Shown one piece after another: positions 49,970-60,213 of a DNA stretch of 64,000 nt. Below the pieces are notes generated by a model that was not told the origin of the DNA, did not search any database, and saw only the letters and a list, made by a program, of their open reading frames with translations. Where the stretch lies: assembly GCA_022560735.1 (NCBI GenBank), contig JADFSO010000005.1, forward strand, positions 47,822 to 111,821. Reading direction: 5' to 3'. Each line of letters starts with the position of its first letter. Position 1 is the first letter of the stretch. The translations under genes were made by a program, and so were the position numbers. This DNA comes from Pseudomonadota bacterium (GTDB lineage Bacteria; Pseudomonadota; Gammaproteobacteria; Steroidobacterales; MnTg04).

Positions 49970-50563
49970 TCAGGGTTCGGCGCCGACGGCGCAGGCGATA
50001 CCGGTCCCACCGAGACCGCAGTAACCACCAGGGTTTTTTGCCAGGTACTGCTGGTGGTATTCCTCGGCCAGGTAGAATTCACCGGCCGGCACTATTTCCG
50101 TCGTTATTTTGCCAAAACCGGCCTGGTCCAGCGGCTTCCGATAGGACTCGCGGCTTGCCAGGGCCTGCTCCTTCTGCGCTGCAGTGCCATACGCGATCAC
50201 TGAGCGGTACTGACTGCCGATGTCGTTGCCCTGGCGCATCCCCTGACTCGGGTCATGGCCTTCCCAAAAAACCTTCAATAAGTCCTGGTAGGAAATTTGC
50301 CCAGGAAAATACACGATCCTTACGAACTCGGCATGACCGGTATTTCCCGTGCAAACATCCTGATAGCTCGGGCTCTTCGTTGGTCCGCCGCCATAGCCTG
50401 CAGCCGTGGAAAATACGCCCGCCAGCGGCCAGAACAGCTTTTCCGCACCCCAGAAACACCCCATACCAAACACCGCCGACTCGCTATCAGCCGGAAACGG
50501 CGGCTGCAACAGGTTGCCATTGATGAAATGAATCAACTGTTCGCCGTCCGGCATTCCTGTCAC
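49970..50563 (-). CDS. msrA: Peptide methionine sulfoxide reductase A
   Basis: GMGCFWGAE; TGHAE; DIGSQYRS; AEEYHQQYL. Confidence 0.97.
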   Translation of the reverse strand: MTGMPDGEQLIHFINGNLLQPPFPADSESAVFGMGCFWGAEKLFWPLAGVFSTAAGYGGGPTKSPSYQDVCTGNTGHAEFVRIVYFPGQISYQDLLKVFWEGHDPSQGMRQGNDIGSQYRSVIAYGTAAQKEQALASRESYRKPLDQAGFGKITTEIVPAGEFYLAEEYHQQYLAKNPGGYCGLGGTGIACAVGAEP

Positions 50564-51540
50564 CCTTTTCCCGGTCGCTGCATGGTTAGTTGCTGCCCGA
50601 TCAATACACTGCGGTCATGTTTCACCGGTTCAAGGGCCAGATCAACGAAACCTTGTTCCCGCGCCAGCGCCACGATGGCCTCGCTTTGCCCCGCCGGACC
50701 CGCCGCCCTGGCAAGATCTTCATAGCGCAGCCTGGCGCCGGCAAGTTCCTTCCTGCCCCTGGCCGTTTGTTCCCGGGCCGACGCCATGCCCCGTGAACCC
50801 AGGACTTCCAGCGCGCGGCTGCCAAATCCCATCGCCAGGCGCAGGGATTCTGGCGAAAAAGACGACGACGCCTCGGTGCCGAGGCGCGCAGCTATTTCGT
50901 TGACCCGGTGGCGGCTTTTTTCCGCGTCCTCATTACCGGCGGCCGCCCGGCCTTCGTTCATCAGGCTGATTTGCTCGATCAGCACATCGACCGCAGCATA
51001 AAATTTCAGCTTCTCGATCAACTCGATCTGCCGCAACTGCTCGCGACCCCTGCGCAGCACCTCCGAATCGTGATCGTGCATGATAAAGCAGGCCCGGCCA
51101 TCCGGTTCGAGCACCCGCCACAGTTCCGCCAGCGCGGCGCCATGGCGCGTGTATTCAAATGCGTATTGACCGCTGACGCCGGCAAACCACTGGTCTTCGA
51201 AGGGCAGGTTTTCGGCCGACGCTTGCGAATGAAAGGTGATCGAAGCGACGAGTTCCGCCTTTTCCTTTAGCGAACGCCGCGGGTCGATCGAGGCCCGGTC
51301 TGCTCCGTGAAGTTCAAAATCCCGCTGTTCATTACGCGAATACTCCGCCGCCAACATCGCGATCGCGCCATTACCGGTGCCAATATCCAGCAACCGTGAG
51401 CGTGCCGGAAAAACGGAAAAAAACTGCAGCCAGCGGTCGCGCAGCTCGCCCTGGTAATTGGTTTCGAAACCATCGACCATCGAGGTCAACGGTCCCGCCG
51501 CCCAGTATTCACCCCAAAAATCCTGCTCTTCGTTCAACAT
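50560..51540 (-). CDS. Class I SAM-dependent methyltransferase with helical C-terminal region
   Basis: LLDIGTGNG (motif I); SGQYAFEY; LWRVLEPDG. Start set at ATG 51540; the ORF-track extension is antisense to the next gene. Confidence 0.85.
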   Translation of the reverse strand: MLNEEQDFWGEYWAAGPLTSMVDGFETNYQGELRDRWLQFFSVFPARSRLLDIGTGNGAIAMLAAEYSRNEQRDFELHGADRASIDPRRSLKEKAELVASITFHSQASAENLPFEDQWFAGVSGQYAFEYTRHGAALAELWRVLEPDGRACFIMHDHDSEVLRRGREQLRQIELIEKLKFYAAVDVLIEQISLMNEGRAAAGNEDAEKSRHRVNEIAARLGTEASSSFSPESLRLAMGFGSRALEVLGSRGMASAREQTARGRKELAGARLRYEDLARAAGPAGQSEAIVALAREQGFVDLALEPVKHDRSVLIGQQLTMQRPGKG

Positions 51541-51640
51541 GCGGCCCGTGTATGCGGAAAACACCGATTGTCCCCTGCCGCCCGGCTTTAATAAAGTCCC
51601 CCCTTTAGCTAACCTTCGTTTCACCGAGGTGGTGGCGTAA

Positions 51641-53146
51641 ATGCACGATATCGAATCCATTCGCAAACAACTGGATCGCGGCGATTTCGACCCGGCCGAT
51701 GTGGCGCTCAATGAAGCCTTGTTGAAAACGCCTGGCGACGAGGAACTTCTCGCGCTACGCGGCAACCTCCGGCACCTGCAGCGCCGCTTCCAGGCCGCGG
51801 TTGTGGATTTTGAGGCGGCCCTGATAAAGCAACCGGATGAGGCGACCTGGCACAATGCGCTGGGCAAAAGCCTGAATAACCTGCGGCAGCCGGTGGCCGC
51901 GGAGAGCGCTTTCCGCCGTTCACTGGAAATCGAACCCGGTAACGCGGAGGCCTGGCACAACCTGGCCTTCGCGTTGCGTGCCCAGGGCAAGCATTACCAG
52001 GCCGCGGACGCATTTTCAGAAGCGTTGCAGATTAAACCGGACTATGTTTCCGCGTGGCACAACGCGGGTCTGGTCTACCTGGCCATGGATGACCCGGATC
52101 AGGCACTCGCTGCGTTTCTCAAGGCGCAGACACTGGCTGCGGACAGGCCTCGGCTTGCCACGCACATCGGCGTGGCCTTGCACAACCTGGGCCGTTACGA
52201 GGATGCGGTTGCCACCTACCGGAAGGCGCTGGCGGGGGAACCGGAAGCCGAAACGCAAAACAACCTGGCCGTCAGTTTGCAGGAACTCGGCCATGGCGAT
52301 GAGGCGCTGGCCGCATACCGGGAAGCGGCCCGCCTCGCACCCGATGACCAGGAAATCCAAATCAAGATTGCCGATCTCCTGATCGGCATGGGTCGACCGG
52401 ACCAGGCGATCGATATCGCCAGGCGATGCCTGGCCCGCGTACCGGGACAAACCGGCGCCCTGGCAGTGGCCGCGGTCGCCGGCCAGGAGCCCGGTTGCGA
52501 ACTCATGGATACCGAACTGCTCAACTTCGACAAGTTGATTTTTCAGGCCGAACTGGGCGTTGTAAATCACGCTGATTCAGCGGAGGAATTCAACCAGGCG
52601 CTTGCTACCCATGTACTCGAACACCCCACGCTGGTTTACGAGCCAGCGGGCCACGCGACCCGCCATGGCAGCCACACCGGTGACCTGCTGACCGGAGAAA
52701 AAGGCCCGCTCGCGATCATCGAAAAGGAAATCACCGCAGGTATCGGCCGTTTCCTGGCAACGCTGGATGAGAAGAAAGCAGGGTTCGTGTTTGCCGGCAA
52801 GCCCGATAGCTGGCGCCTGACCATGTGGGCGGTGGTCATGGATGCGCTGGGACACCAGTTGCCGCATATCCACCCGGCGGCCTGGCTAAGCGGTGTTTAT
52901 TATGTCCAGGTCCCCGGGGAAATAAACGATCATGACGAAAGCAAAGCAGGCTGGATCGAGTTCGGCGCGCCGCCGAAATCGATGAATTGCCGCGGCGACC
53001 ACCGCCTGAAAACCTTCCGCCCGGTTGCCGGCAATTATTTCCTCTTCCCCAGTTATTTCTATCACCGGACCATCCCTTTCGAGAGCAAGCAAAAAAGAAT
53101 CTGTATCGCTTTCGATGCAATACCCTCGGAAAAACCCCAGGATTGA
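51641..53146 (+). CDS. TPR protein with C-terminal putative 2OG-Fe(II) oxygenase (TIGR02466-like) domain
   Basis: About 7-8 TPRs, then PHIHPAAWLSGVYYV, GWIEFG, LFPSYFYHRTIPF, RICIAFD. Confidence 0.85.
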   Translation: MHDIESIRKQLDRGDFDPADVALNEALLKTPGDEELLALRGNLRHLQRRFQAAVVDFEAALIKQPDEATWHNALGKSLNNLRQPVAAESAFRRSLEIEPGNAEAWHNLAFALRAQGKHYQAADAFSEALQIKPDYVSAWHNAGLVYLAMDDPDQALAAFLKAQTLAADRPRLATHIGVALHNLGRYEDAVATYRKALAGEPEAETQNNLAVSLQELGHGDEALAAYREAARLAPDDQEIQIKIADLLIGMGRPDQAIDIARRCLARVPGQTGALAVAAVAGQEPGCELMDTELLNFDKLIFQAELGVVNHADSAEEFNQALATHVLEHPTLVYEPAGHATRHGSHTGDLLTGEKGPLAIIEKEITAGIGRFLATLDEKKAGFVFAGKPDSWRLTMWAVVMDALGHQLPHIHPAAWLSGVYYVQVPGEINDHDESKAGWIEFGAPPKSMNCRGDHRLKTFRPVAGNYFLFPSYFYHRTIPFESKQKRICIAFDAIPSEKPQD

Positions 53147-53261
53147 AAAACCGCCGGCGACCTTCTGCTATATTGGACCTGACCCGGAAAAACGGAACCC
53201 GTTCGACAAATAGCGGTCACTGTTTCAGTAGCGATGTTGCGGGCATTCGTACAGGAAATAC

Positions 53262-53573
53262 ATGCGAGAAGTCAGATCACATACAGCTAAACGCCGCAGA
53301 TATTCGATTCGCAGCCTGCTTTTCGTTTTGCTGATGCTGGGTGGCCAGGCCGCCCTCGCCTCCCACCAGGCTTCGCACGAGACATCGGCCGAGTTGTCAG
53401 CCTGTGTTAGCTGCCTGGCCAGTAATGCCTGTGACGAGTTGTTAAACAACAGCGATGAATACGCCTCACTAAAAATTGTTCATGTCATGGCCGAAACGGG
53501 CGACCGTCCGGTGCTGGCCAGGCGAACCGTCTCCCACCCCACGATACGCGCGCCGCCTTCCAACATTTCCTGA
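53262..53573 (+). CDS. Small DUF2946-like membrane/periplasmic protein
   Basis: Hydrophobic segment, His-rich stretch, CVSC and C-terminal RAPP; first gene of the metal-uptake locus. Confidence 0.55.
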   Translation: MREVRSHTAKRRRYSIRSLLFVLLMLGGQAALASHQASHETSAELSACVSCLASNACDELLNNSDEYASLKIVHVMAETGDRPVLARRTVSHPTIRAPPSNIS

Positions 53574-53626
53574 TTTGAAGTCCATCGCCGCGTCAAGCGG
53601 CGGTCACAAGTATCGTGGAGTCTCTC

Positions 53627-54871
53627 ATGAACAACAACGCTTCGATGGTGTTTTCCAGGCGCATATCCCGCCCGGGATCCGGCTTGTTTTTTCAATTCTG
53701 TTTATTGCTGACCGCTGTCTGTCTGCTCAACGGCGCAGCCTCCGCGCAAGCGGTATCCGGCAACCGGTTTAACCCGGCGATCAGCCTGATCCTCGATGGG
53801 CAATTCTCGGCATACTCCAATCGTGCCGAAGATTTTGAAATTTCCGGTTTCCTGATCGACGATGAAGCCGGACCGATCGCCGAAGGATTTTCCCTGGATG
53901 AGTCAGAACTGGCAATCAGCGCGAATATTGATGACCAGTATTATGGCTTTGTCGATGTGGCGTTTGTGCAAGAAGCCGATGGCGAGACCGCGGTAGAAAT
54001 GGAAGAGGCCTATTTTCAGACCCTGAACCTGCCGTCGGGGCTGACCCTCAAGGGCGGCAAGTTTTTTTCCAGCATCGGCTATCACAACGTCTTCCACTCG
54101 CACACCTGGCATTTTGCCGATGCCCCGCTGGCGTACCAGGCGATGCTCGGTACGACCTTTGCCGATACCGGCGTCCAGCTGCGCTGGCTGGCGCCGCTGG
54201 ACCGGTTTCTCGAACTGGGCGTCGAGATTTTCCAGGGCGATAGTTTCCCGGCGGCAAACGACAACGGCAGCCCCGGCGCATTTTCCGTTTTTGCCAAGAC
54301 CGGTGGCGATGTCGGCATCAGTCACAGCTGGAAAGCGGGCCTGTCGTATCTGGATTACGAGGCGCGCAAGCGGGATGGTGGCGAGGCCCTGGCCGACTTG
54401 ATGTTTGCCGGTGACGGCGAAGTGTTTATTGCCGACTTTGTCTGGAAATGGGCTGAAAATGGCAACCCGCGATCAAGGAATTTCATAATTCAAGGTGAAT
54501 ACCTGCATCTTGGCGAAGACGGGCAGGTCGATTTTTTTAATGGCGTTGCCAATGAAAGCGGTCCATACGACCTGGACCAGTCGGGATTCTATATACAGGG
54601 TATCTATCAGTTCAAACCGCGTTGGCGAGTCGGGCTGCGTTTTGACCGCCTGTCGTCAAGCAACCAGCTTCCCGCCTTGAGTGTGGTTACACCGTTGAGC
54701 GATGACGACAGGAATCCGCGGCGTTTGACCGCGATGGTCGATTTTTCGAACAGCGAATTCAGCCGTCTGCGGTTACAGCTTGCCATAGACGATTCTTCCG
54801 CCGACAACGACACGCAGGTGCTGCTCCAGTATGTCATGAGCATCGGCGCCCATGGCGCACACCAGTTTTAG
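53627..54871 (+). CDS. Outer-membrane beta-barrel of the family linked to Zn/Mn uptake loci
   Basis: Signal peptide; FNPAISLILDG; HNVFHSHTW; C-terminal GAHGAHQF; GGAG RBS. Confidence 0.7.
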   Translation: MNNNASMVFSRRISRPGSGLFFQFCLLLTAVCLLNGAASAQAVSGNRFNPAISLILDGQFSAYSNRAEDFEISGFLIDDEAGPIAEGFSLDESELAISANIDDQYYGFVDVAFVQEADGETAVEMEEAYFQTLNLPSGLTLKGGKFFSSIGYHNVFHSHTWHFADAPLAYQAMLGTTFADTGVQLRWLAPLDRFLELGVEIFQGDSFPAANDNGSPGAFSVFAKTGGDVGISHSWKAGLSYLDYEARKRDGGEALADLMFAGDGEVFIADFVWKWAENGNPRSRNFIIQGEYLHLGEDGQVDFFNGVANESGPYDLDQSGFYIQGIYQFKPRWRVGLRFDRLSSSNQLPALSVVTPLSDDDRNPRRLTAMVDFSNSEFSRLRLQLAIDDSSADNDTQVLLQYVMSIGAHGAHQF

Positions 54872-54885
54872 GGGCAGGCACAACC

Positions 54886-55794
54886 ATGAAAAAAATCATT
54901 TTCAAATTTATTCTTTTGCCTGCACTGCTCCTGGCCGGATTCCCGGCGCAAGCGGCGTTACGGGTGTTTAGCTGCGAGCCCGAATGGGCGTCGCTGGCCG
55001 AGGAACTCGGCGGCGACAAGCTGGATATTTTTTCCGCGACCCACGCCCAGCAGGATGTCCATTATATCCAGGCCCGTCCGAGCCTGATCGCCCGGCTGCG
55101 GCGCGCCGATCTGATGATCTGCACCGGCGCCGATCTCGAAATAGGCTGGCTGCCAGTGCTGTTGCGCCAGGCGGCCAACCCGACCGTGCAACCCGGGCTG
55201 CCGGGTTTTTTCGAGGCGTCCGCGTTCGCAAAATTGCTGGAGGTTCCCGATTCCGTCGATCGGGCACAAGGCGATGTGCATCCCTTTGGCAATCCGCACA
55301 TTCAGCTCGACCCGCGAAACATTGCTAAAATCGCCGCCGCGCTGGCGTTACGGCTACAAAGCCTGGACCCGGACAACGCCGATTTCTACCGGCAAAGATA
55401 TGCCGATTTCGACCGGCGCTGGCAGGAAAAAACCAAGCAATGGACCGAGCGGGCCAAACCACTGGCCGGCATGGGCCTGATCGTTTATCACCGTAGCTGG
55501 GTATATCTCGTTGACTGGCTGAGCCTGCGCGAGGTTGGGGCGCTCGAACCCAAACCGGGCATCCCGCCGAGCGCGGGCCACCTGGCCAGCATCCTGCAAC
55601 GGATCGAGAGCCAGGATGTCGCGCTGACCGTGCGCTCGGTTTACCAGAGCTCGCGCGCCACGGAGTGGATTGCCCGGCGCAGCGACGTTCCCGCGGTTGT
55701 GCTCCCGCATACGGTTGGCGCCACCGCTGGAGCGGACGATCTTTTCGGTCTGTTCGACTCGCTCGTCGATATTTTGCTGGAGCACCGACGATGA
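54886..55794 (+). CDS. Metal ABC transporter substrate-binding protein (ZnuA/MntC cluster A-I)
   Basis: QDVHYIQARPS; GDVHPFGNPHIQLDP; YHRSW; LEPKPGIPPS. Confidence 0.9.
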   Translation: MKKIIFKFILLPALLLAGFPAQAALRVFSCEPEWASLAEELGGDKLDIFSATHAQQDVHYIQARPSLIARLRRADLMICTGADLEIGWLPVLLRQAANPTVQPGLPGFFEASAFAKLLEVPDSVDRAQGDVHPFGNPHIQLDPRNIAKIAAALALRLQSLDPDNADFYRQRYADFDRRWQEKTKQWTERAKPLAGMGLIVYHRSWVYLVDWLSLREVGALEPKPGIPPSAGHLASILQRIESQDVALTVRSVYQSSRATEWIARRSDVPAVVLPHTVGATAGADDLFGLFDSLVDILLEHRR

Positions 55795-56555
55795 ACATGG
55801 ACGCGCTGGATATCAGTATCCTCGGCCCCGGTTTCCTGGCAGGTCTGCTGGTGCTGGCAACCCATGTCCCGCTCGGCAGGCAAGTGCTCAAACGCGGCAT
55901 CATTTTCATCGATCTGGCGGTTGCCCAGATGGCCGGGCTTGGGGTCGTTGCCGCCAGTGTCCTCGGCTGGGACACGCATGGTATCGCCGCGCAAATTGCG
56001 GCCGTTTCGGCGGCGCTGATCGGCGCGGCCTTGCTGACCTGGACCGAAAAGCGCTGTGGCGATGTCCAGGAGGCGATAATCGGCGGATTGTTCGTGCTGG
56101 CCGCCAGCGGAGGGATCCTGTTGCTGGCCAACCACCCGCGCGGCGGCGAGGAATTGAAAGACCTGCTGGTGGGCCAGATTCTGTGGGCCGACTGGCATAC
56201 GCTGGGGCCGGCTGCCATGGTCAGCGTGGCGGTGTTGCTGGCCTGGTATTCGATCCGGGAAAAACTCGGTCGCACCGGTTTCTACCTGCTGTTCGCGATC
56301 AGTGTGACGGTATCCGTGCAACTGGTCGGTATATACCTGGTGTTTGCCAGCCTGATATTGCCGGCGCTGGCCACCCGCAACCTGGGGCGACGCGCCGGTC
56401 TGACCCAGGCCTACGCACTGGGCGTGCTGGCTTATTTTTCCGGACTCGTGTTGTCGGCGCTGCTGGATCTTCCCAGTGGGCCGGTCATCGTCTGGATGCT
56501 GGCCGGGCTGGCGTTGGTGCTCAGTTTCCGACACAGTAAATCCAGAGCCGGCTGA
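55791..56555 (+). CDS. Metal ABC transporter permease (ABC-3 family)
   Basis: GIIFIDLAVAQMAGLG; VQEAIIG; VQLVGIYLVFASLILPA. ATGA overlap with the binding-protein stop. Confidence 0.88.
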   Translation: MNMDALDISILGPGFLAGLLVLATHVPLGRQVLKRGIIFIDLAVAQMAGLGVVAASVLGWDTHGIAAQIAAVSAALIGAALLTWTEKRCGDVQEAIIGGLFVLAASGGILLLANHPRGGEELKDLLVGQILWADWHTLGPAAMVSVAVLLAWYSIREKLGRTGFYLLFAISVTVSVQLVGIYLVFASLILPALATRNLGRRAGLTQAYALGVLAYFSGLVLSALLDLPSGPVIVWMLAGLALVLSFRHSKSRAG

Positions 56556-56593
56556 AAATTCGGCCGCGGCTGCCCGCAAACGAAGTGACCCTG

Positions 56594-58201
56594 ATGAGCC
56601 ACACCAAGACATTGAAAAAAGCCGTCAGCCAGCACCAAAACGGTGAGTTTGAAAACGCGGCTAAATTGTATCGGCAGGTACTTGCCGAAGAACCAGGCAA
56701 CGCAGACGCCCTGCACATGCTTGGGCTATTGTCTTACCAGGAAGGACAAGCTGACCGGGCCGTGGATCTGATTTCACGTTCGCTGGCAATCAATCCGGAC
56801 TTTCCCCCGGCGATCATGAACCTCGGTAATGCATTGCTGGCCACGCAAGACCATGCAAAAGCGGAGGAAATTTTTCGTCGTGCCTTAGCCGTTCAAGACC
56901 CGCAGACCGGCGCCATGCTCGGTCTGGCGGTTTGCCTGTGCGGACAGGAGCGATACGAGGAGGCGATCGAGTGGCTTGACCGGCTGCTGGAAACAGAGCC
57001 AGAAAATGCATCGGCACTTTTCCAAATGGCGCAGTCATACAAAGGACTCGAGAAATATTCCGCAGCCCGCGAATACCTGTCGAAAGCGATCAAAATGATT
57101 CCGGATAATCCGCATTGGCTGCTTAGCCGCAGCCAGATGCATCAGTTCCTGGCCGAATATGAAGCGGCCGAGACAGACTGCCGCCGGGCCTGCGATCTGG
57201 AACCGGGCAATGCCGCGTACCGTCATGAACTGGGCCTGATTCTGCGCCTGCAGTCGCGACCGGCCGATGCGGAACAGGAATTGCTGGCAGCAACCGGGCT
57301 GGATCCGCTCCTGACCAATGCCTGGATCAATCTTGGCAACGCCTGCCGGGACCAGGGCAAGTTCGCAGAGTCCATTGCTCATTTCGAGCATGCGCTGACC
57401 CTTGAGCCGGATAACGCCCTGACACATACCTATCTTGGCGCCGCGCGTCTGCAATCCGGCCAGGCGAAAATCGGTCTGCAAATCCTGGATCGGAGCAGGA
57501 TGCTGAACCCGTTCGATAGAACAACCATGGCGTATCACGTCGTTGCGCTGAGCGAAAACGGGCAACTGGAAAAAGCCCGCAAGCTGCTGGATTACGACCG
57601 CCTGCTTGGCAGGCATGAAGTCAGTGCGCCAACAGGGTTTGACAGCCTTGGCGAGTTTAACCGGGCATTGGCGCGACACGTGGCCGATCATCCGACCCTG
57701 CAGTACGAACGCAGCGGAAATACCACGATAAAGGGGTGCCAGACCGCCAATCTTCTCGAGTCCGCCCCGGGACCCGTCACCGCGCTTAAAGACATCATCG
57801 ACCGCGCGGTCCGGGATTATTTCGCGTCGCTCGCAACGGATACCAGCCATCCGTACCTGGCCTGGAAACCGGAGCGCTGGCGATACGCGATGTGGGGCGT
57901 GATCCTCGACAAGCAGGGTCGCCAGGACCCGCATATTCATCCCGATGCCTGGCTAAGCGGTGTGTACTATGTGCAATTGCCGGCCGAAATAAAAACCGGC
58001 GACGATGACCCGCAGGGTTGGCTTGAATTCGGTCAGCCGCCGGCAAGTCTGAATTGCCGCGCCGAGCAACCGACCCGTTTAATGCGGCCCGAGGAAGGCA
58101 CATTATTCATGTTTCCCTCGTTTTTTTACCACCGTACTATCCCGTTTGACAGCGAAGAACCAAGAATTTCAATAGCTTTTGACCTGCGACCGCTGGTTTG
58201 A
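56594..58201 (+). CDS. Second TPR plus putative 2OG-Fe(II) oxygenase paralogue
   Basis: TPRs, then PHIHPDAWLSGVYYV, GWLEFG, MFPSFFYHRTIPF, RISIAFD. Confidence 0.85.
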   Translation: MSHTKTLKKAVSQHQNGEFENAAKLYRQVLAEEPGNADALHMLGLLSYQEGQADRAVDLISRSLAINPDFPPAIMNLGNALLATQDHAKAEEIFRRALAVQDPQTGAMLGLAVCLCGQERYEEAIEWLDRLLETEPENASALFQMAQSYKGLEKYSAAREYLSKAIKMIPDNPHWLLSRSQMHQFLAEYEAAETDCRRACDLEPGNAAYRHELGLILRLQSRPADAEQELLAATGLDPLLTNAWINLGNACRDQGKFAESIAHFEHALTLEPDNALTHTYLGAARLQSGQAKIGLQILDRSRMLNPFDRTTMAYHVVALSENGQLEKARKLLDYDRLLGRHEVSAPTGFDSLGEFNRALARHVADHPTLQYERSGNTTIKGCQTANLLESAPGPVTALKDIIDRAVRDYFASLATDTSHPYLAWKPERWRYAMWGVILDKQGRQDPHIHPDAWLSGVYYVQLPAEIKTGDDDPQGWLEFGQPPASLNCRAEQPTRLMRPEEGTLFMFPSFFYHRTIPFDSEEPRISIAFDLRPLV

Positions 58202-58244
58202 AACCGGCATTGTCAGCCACCAGGAAAGACCGGAAAAGAAGAAC

Positions 58245-60200
58245 ATGAAAATAATCGGGCTCCATTTCGGTCATGACGCTTCGATCACGATCATCATCGA
58301 TGGGAAAATCGTGGTACATGTGCTGGCCGAAAGACACAACAGGGTCAAACATTCGGTCGGCCTGCGGGCCGCTGAAATGGATGCCGCACTTTCCGCGGCG
58401 GACCTGGAATGGCGGGAGATCGATTGTTGCGCGGTGGTCTCCACACAGGACCTGGAAATAATGACCGGGCTGGTCGGCGACGATTTTGCCATCAGGCCAG
58501 GCGAAACCAAGCAGCACCCCGTGCCATCTCCTTTCATGCAACTCCTGGAATCCGCCGGTACGCCGCTCGAATCGCTATTGGTCAAGGGCCTGCAAAAAGT
58601 TGCCGAGTTGGATGAAGAACGCGCGGCGCTTCCGGAAAACCAGCGCTGGACGAAGATTTTCCCGGAGTGGCAAGAATTTCGCGCAGGCCGGATCAGCAGC
58701 ATCGGCTGGCTGAATGTTTTTATCGCTCACGATCGATGGAACGCCGGGCGTGGTATGGAGGACATTCGGACCGATGGAATCGATCCAGCCATGTTTGGCA
58801 ACGCAACCCGCCTGGGCATGCATATCCCCGTCACGGTCAGCTGGAAAGGTCATTCGGTACCCGGTTACTTTGTCGATCATCATGTGTGCCATGCGGCCAG
58901 TGCGTATTACCGGTCGGGATTCGAAAACAGCGCGATCATTACTCATGACGGCGGCGATGCCTCGCGTAATCTGAGCGGGCTGTTCTGTTACGGGCAGGGA
59001 TCCCGCCTGTTTACGCTGGGCCCTCACCACCTGGCTCTTGGCGGCATATACCGGGCCATGGGCATCAAACTGGGATTCGGCGCCATCGGCCCCGAGGGTA
59101 AACTGATGGGTTTGTCGTCTTATGGTCAGCCCAGGTTTTTTGACAGCCGCTTTGTCGGCAATGTGCATGATTCGCAAAAGCGTTTCGGGGAAGGGCCGTT
59201 TTCCGCCTGGTATCGGCACTGTCTGAAACTGGCCGAACAAGCCCATTATGACTTGTTGCACGGCGAGGCTTCGCAGGTGCTGAATCCGATCAGCGTCGAT
59301 ATGGCGGCCAGCACGCAGAAACTTTTTGCAGAGGGTTATCTGCTCGCGGCGGAAGTGCTGCACCAGGGGCTGGCCGAGAGCGATCGCGGTACCGCGAACC
59401 TTTGCCTGACCGGTGGTGCGGCACTGAACTGTCCGAGCAACAGTCGCCTGTATAACGAGAGCGCCTTCAGGGATATCTATATCGATCCGAATTGCGACGA
59501 TGGCGGACTGTCGGTGGGCGGGGCATTGTTTATTTTTCACAACCTGATGGATCATCCGGTTGATCTGGCCACCGCAAAAAACAACCGCTCACCATTTTTT
59601 GGTTTGCAATGGCCGGCCGGCCTCAGCGAGGAAATTTTTGTCGATGCCGGCCAACGATACGCCGTGTCCAAACCGGACAACATGGCGGCGAGCGCAGCAA
59701 AAGATCTCGATGAAAACAAGGTGCTGGCTTTGTATGAAGGGCGCAGTGAAATGGGTCCGCGGGCCTTGTGCCATCGATCGGTGCTAGCCAACCCCACCGA
59801 TCACGGCAATTGGGCCAGGGTCAACGGGATCAAGGGGCGGGAGGCCTGGCGACCCTTTGCGCCGGTGGTCATCGAAGAAAAAATGCAGGATTGGTTTGCC
59901 GGGTGTCCGACCCATTCGCCGTATATGCTGTTTACCGCCAGGGTACGATCGCGCCGGCTGCCGGCCATCACCCATGTGGATGGATCCTCAAGAATCCAGA
60001 CCGTGAGCGCAGAGACCGGCGCCATCTACCAGATCCTGCGCGAGTTCGATGCACTGACCGGTATTCCGGTGCTGATGAATACCTCGCTGAATGGGCCGGG
60101 CGTACCGATCGTCGAACGACCGGATGAGGCCTACGAGCTTTTTAAAGACAGCGCGGTCGATGTCCTGTATTTGAACGGTATGCGGATCGGTAAAAATTAG
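58245..60200 (+). CDS. Carbamoyltransferase (NodU/CmcH family)
   Basis: GLHFGHDAS; AERHNRVKH; HHVCHAASAY; EGKLMGLSSYG; GGAALNC; GRSEMGPRALCHRS; RPFAP; THVDGSSRIQTV; NTSLN. Confidence 0.92.
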   Translation: MKIIGLHFGHDASITIIIDGKIVVHVLAERHNRVKHSVGLRAAEMDAALSAADLEWREIDCCAVVSTQDLEIMTGLVGDDFAIRPGETKQHPVPSPFMQLLESAGTPLESLLVKGLQKVAELDEERAALPENQRWTKIFPEWQEFRAGRISSIGWLNVFIAHDRWNAGRGMEDIRTDGIDPAMFGNATRLGMHIPVTVSWKGHSVPGYFVDHHVCHAASAYYRSGFENSAIITHDGGDASRNLSGLFCYGQGSRLFTLGPHHLALGGIYRAMGIKLGFGAIGPEGKLMGLSSYGQPRFFDSRFVGNVHDSQKRFGEGPFSAWYRHCLKLAEQAHYDLLHGEASQVLNPISVDMAASTQKLFAEGYLLAAEVLHQGLAESDRGTANLCLTGGAALNCPSNSRLYNESAFRDIYIDPNCDDGGLSVGGALFIFHNLMDHPVDLATAKNNRSPFFGLQWPAGLSEEIFVDAGQRYAVSKPDNMAASAAKDLDENKVLALYEGRSEMGPRALCHRSVLANPTDHGNWARVNGIKGREAWRPFAPVVIEEKMQDWFAGCPTHSPYMLFTARVRSRRLPAITHVDGSSRIQTVSAETGAIYQILREFDALTGIPVLMNTSLNGPGVPIVERPDEAYELFKDSAVDVLYLNGMRIGKN

Positions 60201-60213
60201 CGGGCAGGCTGAA

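Noticed and set aside
53147-53261. Zur/Fur box upstream of the metal-uptake locus
   Set aside because: No convincing palindrome; ATGTTGC alone is insufficient.
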